NCBI GenBank assembly: GCA_963575745.1
Contig: CAUYUJ010000241.1
Coordinates: 1-64,000, forward strand
Length of the DNA stretch: 64,000 nucleotides
Direction: 5' to 3'
Source: Prorocentrum cordatum
Taxonomy: Eukaryota
The stretch's first letter is position 1; every line of letters starts with the position of its first letter. A program made the translations under genes and the position numbers. The notes below the pieces were generated by a model, which was not told where the DNA came from, did no database searches, and saw nothing but the letters and a program-made list of their open reading frames with translations. Shown here one piece after another: positions 40,085 to 51,751 of this stretch.

Positions 40085-40774
40085 CTTTTGAGGGGACGGT
40101 CCGAAGCCAGGCGAGAGCCCCTGGAGGCCGAAGACATCAAAGAACAGGCCGCTCCCATGTTGCAGCTGCCGCGGACCTCAGTCGCCCGGCCGCCGCGCCG
40201 AAGAAGCAGACGCTCCCATTCTGTTGGAGCGCCGGGCCCCTGGCCCCGTGGGCCCCGCCCCCCCCGAGCGGGGCTCGCGCTCGGGCCGCCGCCGTCTTAG
40301 AACGCCGGGAGCGGCCGCGCGGGCGCTCCCCCCGGGGGCCCAGCGGCCGCGGCCTGCTGCTCTGCGCGTCTGCCGGGGAGGCGCGCGGGCCCCATGGCGA
40401 GCCCGTTCTGAGACGGCGGCGGCCCGAGCGCGAGCCCCGCTCGGGGGGGCGGGGCCCACGGGGCCAGGGGCCCGGCGCTCCAACAGAATGGGAGCGTTTG
40501 CTCGCGAGCCCTTCGGCGGCGGGGAGCGCCCCCGACTCGGCCGCGACGGGCGGCGTTCCAAGACGGCGGCGGCCCGAGCGCGAGCCCCGCTCGGGGGGGG
40601 CGGGGCCCACGGGGCCAGGGGCCCGGCGCTCCAACAGAATGGGAGCGTCTGCTTCTTCGGCGCGGCGGTCGGGCGACTGAGGTCCGACGCAGCTGCAACA
40701 CGGGAGCGGCCTGGTCTTGGATGTCTTCGGCCTCCAGGGGCTCTCGCCTGGCTTCGGGGCCGTCCCCCCAAAAG
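40085..40774. repeat. Large inverted repeat, ~222-bp arms (40085-40306 and 40552-40774), nested in family-B-like ends
   Basis: e.g. GAAGAAGCAGACGCTCCCATTCTGTTGGAGCGCCGGGCCCC vs GGGGCCCGGCGCTCCAACAGAATGGGAGCGTCTGCTTCTTC; extra partial arm at 40410-40498. Confidence 0.9.
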
Positions 40775-41578
40775 AGCCTGGGCTTTTCAGAGAGAAAAAA
40801 ACGGCGCGAGCTCAAGTTGTCGGCGCTCCGCTCGGATTTCGTGGATCGGCGCCAGGGCCCCCCGGCGGCGCCTCCGGCGCCGCCCCTGGCGCGCCCCGCG
40901 CGCCAGGAGGAGGAGGTCCAGCGCAGATCCAAGAAATCCGCGCGGAGCGCCGAGAGTTTATATGCATCCCTTATGTTGTTCCTCGACGTGAAATGACATG
41001 AGCACTTGTGGGCTCCCAAACCTGGATAGCAGGGCGGCCGAAGGGCGTGGGAAGGCCCGGGGAAGAACCCTGGAAGGACCTGGAGAGGGCTTCCGAAGGA
41101 ACCTCTGGAGAGCTTCCGGGCACGCGCACTGGGAAACGCTCAGAAAAAGGCTCCTCGGGACACGCTGCAGCCTCAAGCGCAGCGGCGCTGGAAAACGGAA
41201 GCCAGAGCGATCTACGAGGCTGCCCTGCGGCTCCCGCTTCTGATATGATGTCTTGTTTTCCACCACCACCACCAGAAGAGGGGGTCCTCCTCCTCCTCCT
41301 CCTCCTCCTCCTCCTCCTCCTCCTCCTCCCTCCCTCCAACTTATGGTGGTGGTGGTGGTGGTGGTGGAAGACAGGCCCATGATCTGAATCTGAAGCCCTT
41401 TTGGCCCTCTGCGAGCTATGCGGGGACACGTCGAAGGGCACCAGCCGCACACCTGCACCGAGCCTGGCCAGGCCGAGGCCTGGACCCGGGAGCGGTGCAC
41501 AGGCCTCCCCCGCCGAGGCCAGGCGCGCGTGCACCCCTCGTGGGCCCAGGACGGTCCTGGGGCAGGATCGGTGTAGGT

Positions 41579-41729
41579 TTGAGTCGGGCGTGCCCCTCTA
41601 CAGGAGGAGTGTTCAGAACTAGTCCAAAAATCCTATGGGGGCGGTTGTTGCACCTTTATTGAATATTTTGTATGCCCATTGCTGAACTTTCCTGCAAAAT
41701 CCGCCTGTAGAGGGACATGCTCGACCAAG
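41579..41729. mobile_element. MITE family A copy 7
   Basis: TSD GTGTAGGT/TTGTAGGT. Confidence 0.82.
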
Positions 41730-43179
41730 TTGTAGGTGTATGGTTGGCGCCTTCCTTGTAAACGTGAGCATCGGTGCGCGTCGTGTCGACCGGCGGCGGC
41801 CCCGCCGCCAGCGAGCCACGTGGGACGCCGCGGGCGACCCAGAGACGGTCGATGTTGAACGGCCGGACGTGTCGGAAACGGCCACTCGTCCAAGGTTGAA
41901 CCAAGGGCAGAAAAAACGACGCACTTATGACCCAGGGTAGGGTCGTCTTTTCATCCCTCAATTGAACGATCCCCGCGGTGTCAGGAACCAACGCCGGGGT
42001 CGACCCGACACGAACCCGTCGTAGACATAGGCAGCTTCAAACCTAAGTAGGCATCCACGTGGACATGGGAGGACGGCCTGAACAGAAACCTTCGGGGCTC
42101 CGCGCTCGGCGCTGGACCTCCTCCCTGGCGGCGCCTACGCCGCCGTTCCCGGCGCGCTCCGCACGCCCGGGAGGGGGGAGGCGGGGGGGACGCCGATCCA
42201 GGAAATCCGCGCGGCGCGGAACGTCGAAGGTTCTGTTTATGCCGCCTGTTGTTCCTCCAAGGAGAGGGGGAATGCCAGGGAGGGGCGGACTCGGCAGGCG
42301 AGCGCGGGGAGGGCCGGGGCGGGGCGAGGCGGACGTGGAGGGGAAGGGGGTAGACAGGCGGATAAGGAGGAGTAGTGGCAAAGGCAGCAGCAGGAGCAGG
42401 AACGTGAGGAGGAGGAGGAGGAGGAGGAGGAGGAGGAGGAGAGGGAGGAGGAGAAATGAGGAGGAGGAGGAGGAGGAGGAGAAATGAGGAGGAGGGGGGG
42501 GGGGCGGAGGAGGAGGAGCAGGAGGAGAAGGAGAGGAGGAGGAGCAGGAGGAGGAGGAGGTGTGAACACACGACTCACCGACGATGTTGGAATAAGCCCT
42601 CCCAAGCTCCCTCTTCATAGGCCCCTGCAAGGGATCATGTCCACTGAGGGAACTGCCTCGTTGGGAGGCAACCGATGGAAGATCCTGAAGCGTGCCAAAA
42701 CACCATTCTCGGGACTCCAACGCCACGAATCAACATGACGGCTGCGCCTTGACGATCCGGAATCGCGCCAGAACACCATTTCTGGGACTTCAACACCGCG
42801 AATATACGTAAGTGTTGTGCCCTCGCAATCCGGAGCCTGAACTTCTTGCAAATGATTGAAACGAGCGTGCGCGGCGCGAAGGCGAGAGACAGATTTTGTA
42901 AAGGAACCGCCTTCAATCCGTGAAAGTATTATCAGACTTACCGGTGTGATCTAGCACTGCATTATTTCGACCGACCGACCGGCAGTGTTTGGGATGTGCG
43001 CTGGATTGGGATGTGTGTTGGGATGTCTGCTGGGACGTGTGCTGCCTTCGTGTGCTGGGATGTGTGCAGGGCTGTGTGCTGCCTCTGCGTGCTGGGATGT
43101 GTGCTGGCTTCGTGTGCTGGGATAGTTGCTAGGGTGAGGCCTGGGTGCGTGCCGCCCCCGTGTGCTCTGCCTGCTCCTC

Positions 43180-44600
43180 CGCACCCCTCCGCCCCGTGGC
43201 CCCCGTCTCCTTATTCCGACCGACCGACCGACCGTGCCCCACTTTCCTGCCTGACCGTGCCTTCCCGTCCCTGTGCTCCCCCCCGCGCCCCTTCGCCCCG
43301 TGGCCCCCGTCTGTTTACTCCGACCGACCGACCGACGGCGCCCCTCCTTTCAGCCCCGTGGCCCCCGTCTGCTTATTCCGACCGACCGACCGACCGTGCC
43401 CCCTTCCTTTCCGCCCCGTGGCCCCCGTCTGCTTACTCCGGCCGACCGACCGACCGTGCCCCCCCCTGCCCGATCGTGGTTTCACGCCCCACTGCTGCCC
43501 ACCGCGCCCCTCCGCCCCGTGGCACCCGTCTGCTTATTCGACCGACCGACCGTGCCGCCCCCCCCCCCGCGCCCCCCGTCGCTGATTCGACCGACCGACC
43601 GACCCCCCCCCCTTATCCGATCCGACGGACCGACCGACCGTGCCCCCCTTTTTACCCGCCGTGCCCTCCCGTCCACTTGGCCCCGTGACCCCCGTCTGCG
43701 TATTCCGACCCCCGCCCGACCGTGCCTTCCCGTCCCTTGCTCCCCCCCCGACCCTCCGCCCCGTGGCCCCGTCTGCTTATCTCGACCCGACCGACCGACC
43801 ATGCCCCCCCCCTCCGCCCGCCCGGTGGCCCCCGCCTGCTTATTCCGACCGACCGACCGTGCCCCCTCTTCTGCCCGACCGTGCCTTCCGTCCCCCTGCT
43901 CCCCCTCGCCCCTCCGCCCCTGGCGCCTGTCTGCTTATTCCGACCGACCGACCGACCGTGCCCCCCCCTGCCCGACCGTGCTCTACAGTCCCTTTGCCCC
44001 CCCCTTTGCGCGCCTTCCGCCCCCGTGGCCCCGTCTGCTTATTCCAACCGTGCCCCCCTCTGCCCGTGGCCCCCGTCTGCATATTTCGATCGACCGACCG
44101 TGCCCCCCCCCCTCCCCGCCCGCCCCGTGGCCCCGTGGTTATCCGACCGACGACCGACCGTGCCCTCCCGTCCCTTTGCTCCCCCTCTGCGCCCCTCCGC
44201 CCCGTGGCGCCTGTCTGCTTATTCCGACCGACCGACCGACCGTGCACCCCCTCTCCGCCCCGTGGCCGCCGTTTGCTTATTCCGACCGACCGACCTTATA
44301 GTTTCCTGCCCGAGCATGCCCTCCCGCCCCCTGCTCCCCTCCGCGCCCCTCCTCCCCGTGGCCCCCATCTCTTTCGTCAGACCGACCGACCGACCGTGCC
44401 CCTCCCCTGTGCTCCGTGGCCCCCGTCTGCGTATTCCGACCGACCGACCGTGCCCCCCCCCTCGACCGACCGTGCCCCCATGCCTTCTCCACAGCCCCCC
44501 CCCTGTCCCGCCCAATCCGCCCCTATGGCCCCCCCGCCTGCGTATTCCGACCGACCGACCGTGCACCCCCCGCTCCGGCCGTGCCCCTGGCCCCCCCCCG
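43180..44600. repeat. CCGA-containing composite minisatellite
   Basis: CCCCGTGGCCCCCGTCTGCTTATTCCGACCGACCGACCGTGCCC repeated. Confidence 0.9.
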
Positions 44601-45400
44601 AGTCCAATGTGCTTAAAAGGCCCCAGAACTTGTCAATATTGCCACAAGGCGCCCCCAAATATCCCCAGACGGGCCCACACCAGACCCCGAATAAACCCCA
44701 GAGACGCCCAATAACACCATGGCCCCGAAGAATCATAGAGACGCCACTAGCTCACAGTGGCATAACAAGTTCTTCACGCCATAGCTCAGCGTGTCGCAGC
44801 ACTCGCGCGCTTTCCCGAAAGTGTATAGCAGGTTGGCGTCACCTCCATCTCCCAGTGTCCCACATCCGTGATTGTATGATCCTTGGCACGCGTGCCTCTG
44901 ATTGCATATGCTTGCAGCGCTAAGGCGAGAGCGACCATATGAAAAAGATCCGCATTAAATCAGTGAAACTCCTGCACCTGTTTAAGACGAGCGTGCGCGG
45001 CGCTCAGGCGAGAACCACATTTTGAAAACGACCAGCCGTCAATCCGTGAAGCTCTTGCAATTTGTTACAACGAATGTGCGCGAAGCTCAGGCGAGAGCCA
45101 CAGTTTGAAAACGACCAGCCGTCAATCCGTGAAGCTCTTGCAATTTGTCCAAAACGAGTGTGCGCGGCGCTAACGCGAGAGCCACATTTTAAAAACGACC
45201 CGCCCTCTATGCGTGAAGCTCTTGCGTACATTTAGAATGAATGTGCGCTGCGCTCAGGCGAGAGCCACATTTTGAAAACGGCCCGCCCTTCCATGTGCGA
45301 AACTGATGCCAACTGTTATGTTTCAGGGTCAGAAAAGTGAGGAGGCGAAACGACCGGCCTTCCCTTTCGACCGGCCTTGGGGTGCGACAGGGAGAAGGTA

Positions 45401-47522
45401 TTTAATCGCTTCGCTCACTCCGCCGGCCCATAATGTCGCACCGTGGTCGCCTGTCCGAGTGGTCGTTTGCAGTGTGGAGCTGCGGCGTCGGGAGCTGTGT
45501 AGTTGTCGATAAATGTGTTAATGTTTTTCATGGGGTTTCTAGGTGTTTGCAGTTTTTTGACGGCTTTGGTGCCATCGTGGGGGCGTGTCACCCGTGGTAT
45601 CCCGCTGTGGGGCCGTTCGAGCCGGGGGAAGAGACATCTTATGCGATAGGGGAACCTTCGTGTCGGAGGGTGGCGGGCTTTGAATGCTAACATTGGCTCT
45701 GTTATCGTCCTGATGTCCTCTGGCGTTGCGGACACGGGCGTGAAGGAACACTTTCTTGTGGCGTTTCTCTTACCATCTCTTTTCTAATTGGACCGGAGGA
45801 GGAGGAGGAGGAGACGACGAGGAGGAGGAGGAGGAGGAAGAGGAGGAGGAGGAGGAGGAGGAGGAGGGGGATGAGGAGCGATGAGGAGCGCCTTTGTCGT
45901 CGTCGTCGTCGTCGCCGCCGCCGCCGCCCGCCGCCGCCGCCCGCCGTCGTCGTCGTCGTCGTCGTGGAGGGTCGAGGCTCGAGGCTGGAGGCCGAACGCG
46001 GGGGAGGAGGACCACCCCGACCCGCGTTTCCCAACTCGCGTCTGGCTGGAGTCTTGGAGGCGTCCTGGGGGCTTCCTGAGGGTTTTTTGGAGGCCTCCAG
46101 ATGGCCTTTTGGATGCCTCTTGGGGCCTCTCGAGGGCCTCTTAGGGGCTTCTTGGGGCCTTTGAGGGCGTCTTGGGGCCTCCCGGGGGCCTCTAAGGGCT
46201 CAGAGCTCGAAATTATGTTTCGTGAACCCCCTCTTGGGGCGTTCTTGAAGCGTTCTTGGGGCCCTCTTGGGCCGTCCTGGAGGCCTCTTGGGCCGTCTTG
46301 GAGGCGTCTTGGGCCATCTTGGAGCCCTCTTGGGGGCCCTCTTGGGGCGATCTTGGAGGCCTCTTGAGCCGTTTAGGGGCGTCGGGGAACCGAAAAGGTT
46401 GAAACGCCCAAATCTGTCCCAAACCTATGGAAAAGCATTGTTTGTTTGCCTCTTGGGGCCCTCTTGGGAATGCACTTGGAGACCTCCTGGGGATCTTGGA
46501 GGCTTCTTGGGTCATCTTGGAGACGTCTTGGGCCGTCTGGAGGCCATCTTGGGCGTCGTGGAGCGATATTCGGGCGTCTCGGACCTCTCTTGGACCGTGT
46601 TGGGGGCGTTCTTGGGGCCCTCTTGGGCCGTGCTGGAGGCCTCTGGGCCCGTCTTGGAGCCGTCTTGGGCCGTCTTGGGGCCTCTTGGGGGCCTCTTGGG
46701 CCCTCTTGGGGCGATCTTGGAGGCCTCTTGAGCCGTTTAGGGGCGTCGGGGAACCGAAAAGGTTAAAACGCCAAAATATGTCCAAAACCACAGGGAAAGC
46801 ACAGTTGTTTGCCTCTTGGGGCCCTCTTGGGAGTTCTCTTGGAGGCCTCTTGGGGCATCTTGGAGGCTTGTTGGGTCATCTTGGAGACGTCTTGGGCCGT
46901 CTGGAGGCCATCTTGGGCGCCGTGGAGCGATCTTCGGGCGTCTCGGACCTCTATTGCACCGTGTTGGGGGCGTTCTTGGGGCCCTCTTGGGCCGTCTTGG
47001 AGGCCTCTGGGGCCGTCTTGGAGCGGTCTTGGGCCGTCTTGGGGCCCTTTTGAGGGCCTCTTGGGCCCTCTTGGGGCGATCTTGGAGGCCTCTTGAGCCG
47101 TTTAGGGGCGTCGGGGGACCGAAAAGGTTGAAACGCCCAAATCTATCCAAAACCCAAGAAAAAAACATTGATTTTGCCTCTTGGGGCCCTCTTGGGAGTG
47201 CTCCTGGAGGCCTCTTGGGGCATCTTGGAGGCTTGTTGGGTCATCTTGGAGACCTCTTGGGCCGTCTGGAGGCCATCTTGAGCGCCGTGGAGCGATCTTC
47301 GGGCGTCTCGGACCTCTCTTGGATTGTGTTGGGGGCCTCTTGGGGCCCTCTTGGGGCGATCCTGGAGGATCGGGGGGAGTGTCCCGGGCGTGTCCCGGGC
47401 TCCGCCTGGGGTACTTTTGATCCAGGGACCCCCAGGGGCCGCCCCGCGCGCGCGAACCAGAAATACTGTTTACCAGTTACCAGAGTCTTAGCACGCCTCT
47501 GGCCCGTTGGGCCGGCGAATTT
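45401..47522. mobile_element. Helentron/DINE-like element C with TCTTGG satellite (46050-47360)
   Basis: subTIR CGCCGGCCCA (45421-45430) vs TGGGCCGGCG (47508-47517), 10/10; right hairpin GGCCC-GTT-GGGCC; ends AATTT. Confidence 0.55.
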
Positions 47523-48965
47523 ATGAGGAAAAGGAATGGAGGACGCAGAGGCCTCTGGACCTGGAACAGTATCCGAGCAGCGCACGAAGAAGGGGAGGCG
47601 GGGAAGAGGATGTGGAGGAGGACGAGGAGGAGGAGGAGGAGTATTACCAAACGCTCGGAAGATACCTGCGAAGCTGTCACCAGGAATCGCATTGAAGGAC
47701 CGTTTCGCGGGCAAGAACCGCCCCAGTCATTACATGATGATAAGTGGCACGTCACCAGAAGTTATATCATGGTGTAGAGTCACACATACGATTCAGCAGT
47801 AAGGTTCAGCTAGTATCTAACTTGGGACCCCGAGATGGAGACTTCGTCGCCCTCGATTGTCACCCTCGAAATCGACAAAGGCACCCCTACAACCGGACAG
47901 CTTAGACAGGCAATTGTTGCCAAGTTATACGGGCAACAGTCCGACATATGGATCCAGACCAGTACGCGCACATGAGGATTTACTGCGTGAGCTACAACTT
48001 CGACGATATGCCTTTTGACAGTAGTACGAAACTCCACCACCAGCTCACGATCACAGGGGGGAGCAAGTACTACATGGACTTGCTGGCCTCCCAGGGCAAC
48101 CCGATAACTGAGGACTTCGTCAACAATTGCGGCATACCACCGCCATCGGGGAGCCATAACAAGCGTACACGAAATATCCACTACGGACATCACAAGCGTG
48201 CGCTGAGACGCCGACGATGACGATTGCTACTGCTAAGGGCTACTAGTTGTGGAACAACAAGCAGTTCGATACTGTATCGGGCTGCCGAGTAGCTGGAGTG
48301 ACGTACGACGTCCTCGGCGCTGCGGACAATGTGCGCGCGCACCGCGCTGCGCGCAGAGCGCGCCGTCTTCGATACCGCCAGCACGAGCAACTGCGTGGCC
48401 CGGCCGCTCCCCCGCTCCCCCTACCCCCCCCCTTTGTCCTCCGATGTGTTTGATGGATGGTTGGTTGGCGGCCTCCCTCTCCCCCCTAGGAAAAAACTCC
48501 ACCGCGCCCGGGCTCGCGCGGGCCGGGCGCGTCGCGCGCGCGGCGTGGGCGCGCGCAGAGTGGGGACCGCAGAGGCGGTTGAGAGAAAGAGAGAGAGAGA
48601 TAGGATCATGATGATGATAATGATGATGACGATGATGAGCAGGAGGATGGGCACGATGAGGATGATGATGCTGACGATGCTGGTGATGGTGATGGTGATA
48701 GATGAGGAGGAGGGGGAGGAATATGCGAATGATGATGATGGTGATAGATGATGATGATGGTGATGATGATGATGATGATAATGATGATGATGATGATGAT
48801 GTTGATGCTGATGCTGATGCTGATGCTGATGCGGATGCTGATGCTGATGCTGATGCTGATGCTGATGCTGATGCTGATGAGGATGAGGATGAGGATGAGG
48901 ATGAGGATGAGATGAGGATGAGGATGAGGATGAGGATGAGGATGAGGATGATCATGATCATGATC

Positions 48966-49055
<90 letters not shown>

Positions 49056-49218
49056 CGGATGATCATGATGTTTATGATGATGATGGTGAAGCTGATGATG
49101 ACGATGATGAGGGTGGTGGTGGTGGTGGTGGTGGTGAGGAGGAGGAGGGGGAGGAGGAGGGGGAGGAGGAGGGGGATGAAGGGGAGGAGAAGGAGGAGGA
49201 GGAGGAGGAGGAGGAGGC

Positions 49219-49241
49219 TCCGTAGCCATTTTTGGCCCAAG
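49219..49241 (+). other. Degenerate DinoSL relic
   Basis: TCCGTAGCCATTTTTGGCCCAAG (one extra T, one substitution) after (GGA)n. Confidence 0.88.
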
Positions 49242-51330
49242 TGGGTGCTGGGGGTCCTGGGTTCTTCCACTCACTTGGATAGGCACGGCACCCCTGTCGG
49301 GACTGTCCTCATCCTCGCCGCCATGAGCGTTTCCTCCCTTCCTGCGGATTTTGGCCACCGCTACCTCCATGAATGCCGAGGGCGTCACGGTCGTGGCCCG
49401 TCAGGCGCGACGTGGGAAATTCATCGACCAAGCCATGAGCAAGACCATGGAGCGCCTCTTCGTGGCATTTCACGTCACGAGGCACATCACGACGACCAAT
49501 GCCACAAAGGTTGTGTCTAAGCTGGAGGCGCATTTGTCTAAATCGGGTTCTTCTTCGCCCCCTATTTCAACGGCCTCTCCAAGGACCCCAGAGGGTAAGC
49601 AGGCGTGGGTGGATATCAGTGGCCCCGAAGTTTCTATTCTGACACCGTTGCAGCTAAAGTATTTCGCTGCCGCGGATGCCACTCAAATGGATGAGAACGA
49701 CAGCGCATAATATGAGGCAGAGTATGTGCCGGCATCTTGTCAGCAGCATGACAAAGCAGTTGTTTACATGATGATCCACAGCCGATGGGCCTGGACCTTC
49801 AGGGCCTACGCGATGATATATAGAGTACGGCAGCCAGATGCTTTGAGACCCTCACATGATTCGCAAGATCGAGATCGAGATTGCCCAGGACGCCATGGCC
49901 GAGAAGCAAGCCAGAGTAGACGAGCTCTTGCAGACGCTCGCGGAATCGGATGCCATGCTGCTGCACCTCGCCACCACGGGCTGCCGGGCACACAGCAATC
50001 CCGATATGTTCTCCGAGGTCTGCGCTGACGACAGCGCGGGCGGCAGCGTGGACGCAGGCACCGATCAGATTTCCAATCCCGTCGCCTACGGCAGCACCGA
50101 CGGCAGCACTGACATGACCTCCGACTGCAATGCCGACGGCAGAGCGGACAGCAGCACAGACAAGGTCTTCGATTGCCACGCCGTCGGCAGCGACAACAAG
50201 AGCCTTAGCAACGATGACAAGGATTTCAAAGATCCAGGGTATCCTTGCGCTAGACGCATCACTGTTCATGGGAGCTGCAGCTGTTTAATTTCATCGGCCC
50301 CTGATGCTAAAGTTAGGTGCTACGTGTGTGGTGAGCGCTATGCAAAGAACACGGCAGCGCTCTGCTTCCCAGGATGCAAGTCGTGGTCTCATGATGTATG
50401 CTTCCCTTTATATAGCGGCCAGCGCAGGGTCTGGCTGAGTACCTTTGCTGCACTTGGGAAGGAGCAGCGAGTGAGGGAGTCAAAGGGCAGCTGTTGTCGT
50501 CATGCTGTTCTTTCCCTCATCATCCCTCCATCTCAAACCTTATCCGCACCATCCCTATCCCTCAGAGCTTGTGCTGCTCCTGGCCAGCTTTTCTGGAGGA
50601 GGAGAGGGAGTGGAGGGTTTCGAGTATTCGCTGTGCCATATGTTTGTGCTTGCTGCTACTGTAGCGTCAGCAGCCGAGGCGAGAATTCATATTCTCAGAT
50701 AGTGGGGGATTGTATTACAGCATCGGATTTGTATGGAGGAGCGTCCAGATTTGAAGGCCACCCTCCGTTAGGCAGCTCTGTCGTAACGGGGCGGTTGTTG
50801 GCCATACGTATTCGTGGTCCCAGTCTGGATATGTTCGAGATGCCTGAGGGAGCTGACCCCAGACAGGAATCCCTCAACAGCAAAGGCAAAGGTCTTATTT
50901 TTTTCTTTGGGCTTATTAGTTTTGGTATCCCTAGCTTCGGTGTCCAAAGCTGTTGAGGGTAATAATTCGTTCCCCCGTCCTTTCTTTGCGGAGCTGCGGG
51001 TGCCAAAGCTGCCGACCTGCCGAGCGCAGTTTCGACCAGATAGTTGGTCGCGGCAGGCTCCGTTTATGAGGGGGTCGGTTCGTGTCGATTGCCCCCACCC
51101 GAGGGTGGGGGTGGAGTAGACACGGGGGGGCAGAGGAGTCGGAGGATCTTGCCCCCTTCCCCTGCACGAGCAGAAAAGCCTTGCTGCCGCTCCAGGATCA
51201 GCAAGGCAAGGAGACTACTTAGGCCTCCCCTGCGTTCTCTCTCTCTCTCTCTATCTCTCTTCAGGCTTGCTTTAAGCTGCGTGCACGCTGGCGTGTTCTG
51301 CTCGGCTAGACCTTTCGTTCCGATTTCCGC
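49219..51330 (+). pseudogene. Decayed SL-headed retrocopy; 3' end approximate
   Basis: SL relic, GCCGCCATG with ATG at 49323, broken frames with a coiled-coil-like stretch (IEIEIAQDAMAEKQARVDELLQTL) and a Cys/His cluster (CYVC...CFPGCKSWSHDVC). Confidence 0.55.
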
Positions 51331-51718
51331 GGGGAAGGATGAGGAGCTGCAGGAGGAGGAGGAAGAGGAGCAGGAGGAACAGGAGAAATAAGATGAGGAG
51401 GAGGAAGAGGATGAGAAGGGAGGAAGAGGAGGAGGGTGAACATGAACATGAGGAGGAGGAGGAGGAGGAGGAGGAGGGAGGAGGAGGAGGAGGGGGAGGA
51501 GGAGGTGAGGAGGAGGGGAGGAAGAGAGGAGGAGGAGGAGAGGAGGAGAGGAGGAGGAGGCGGAGGAGGAGGAGGAGGGAGGAGAGGAGGAGGGGGGGGG
51601 CAGGAACATGAGCAGGAGCAGGAGCAGGGGGCGCAGGCATGAGGCAGGAGACATGAGGCACTGGGAGGAGGCGCAAAATGGCGACGAGCAGCACAGGGCA
51701 GCGTTAACAGCCCGCCAG

Positions 51719-51751
51719 GCCGCCAACATCATGGAGGCCCTGGAGCTGGGA
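51719..51751 (+). CDS. ABC-class ATPase exon 5: AANIMEALELG
   Basis: Acceptor CCAG|GCC continues STSQ-AANIMEALE. The 3' boundary (GGA|GC) is inferred from the fit to exon 6 and is slightly uncertain. Confidence 0.85.
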
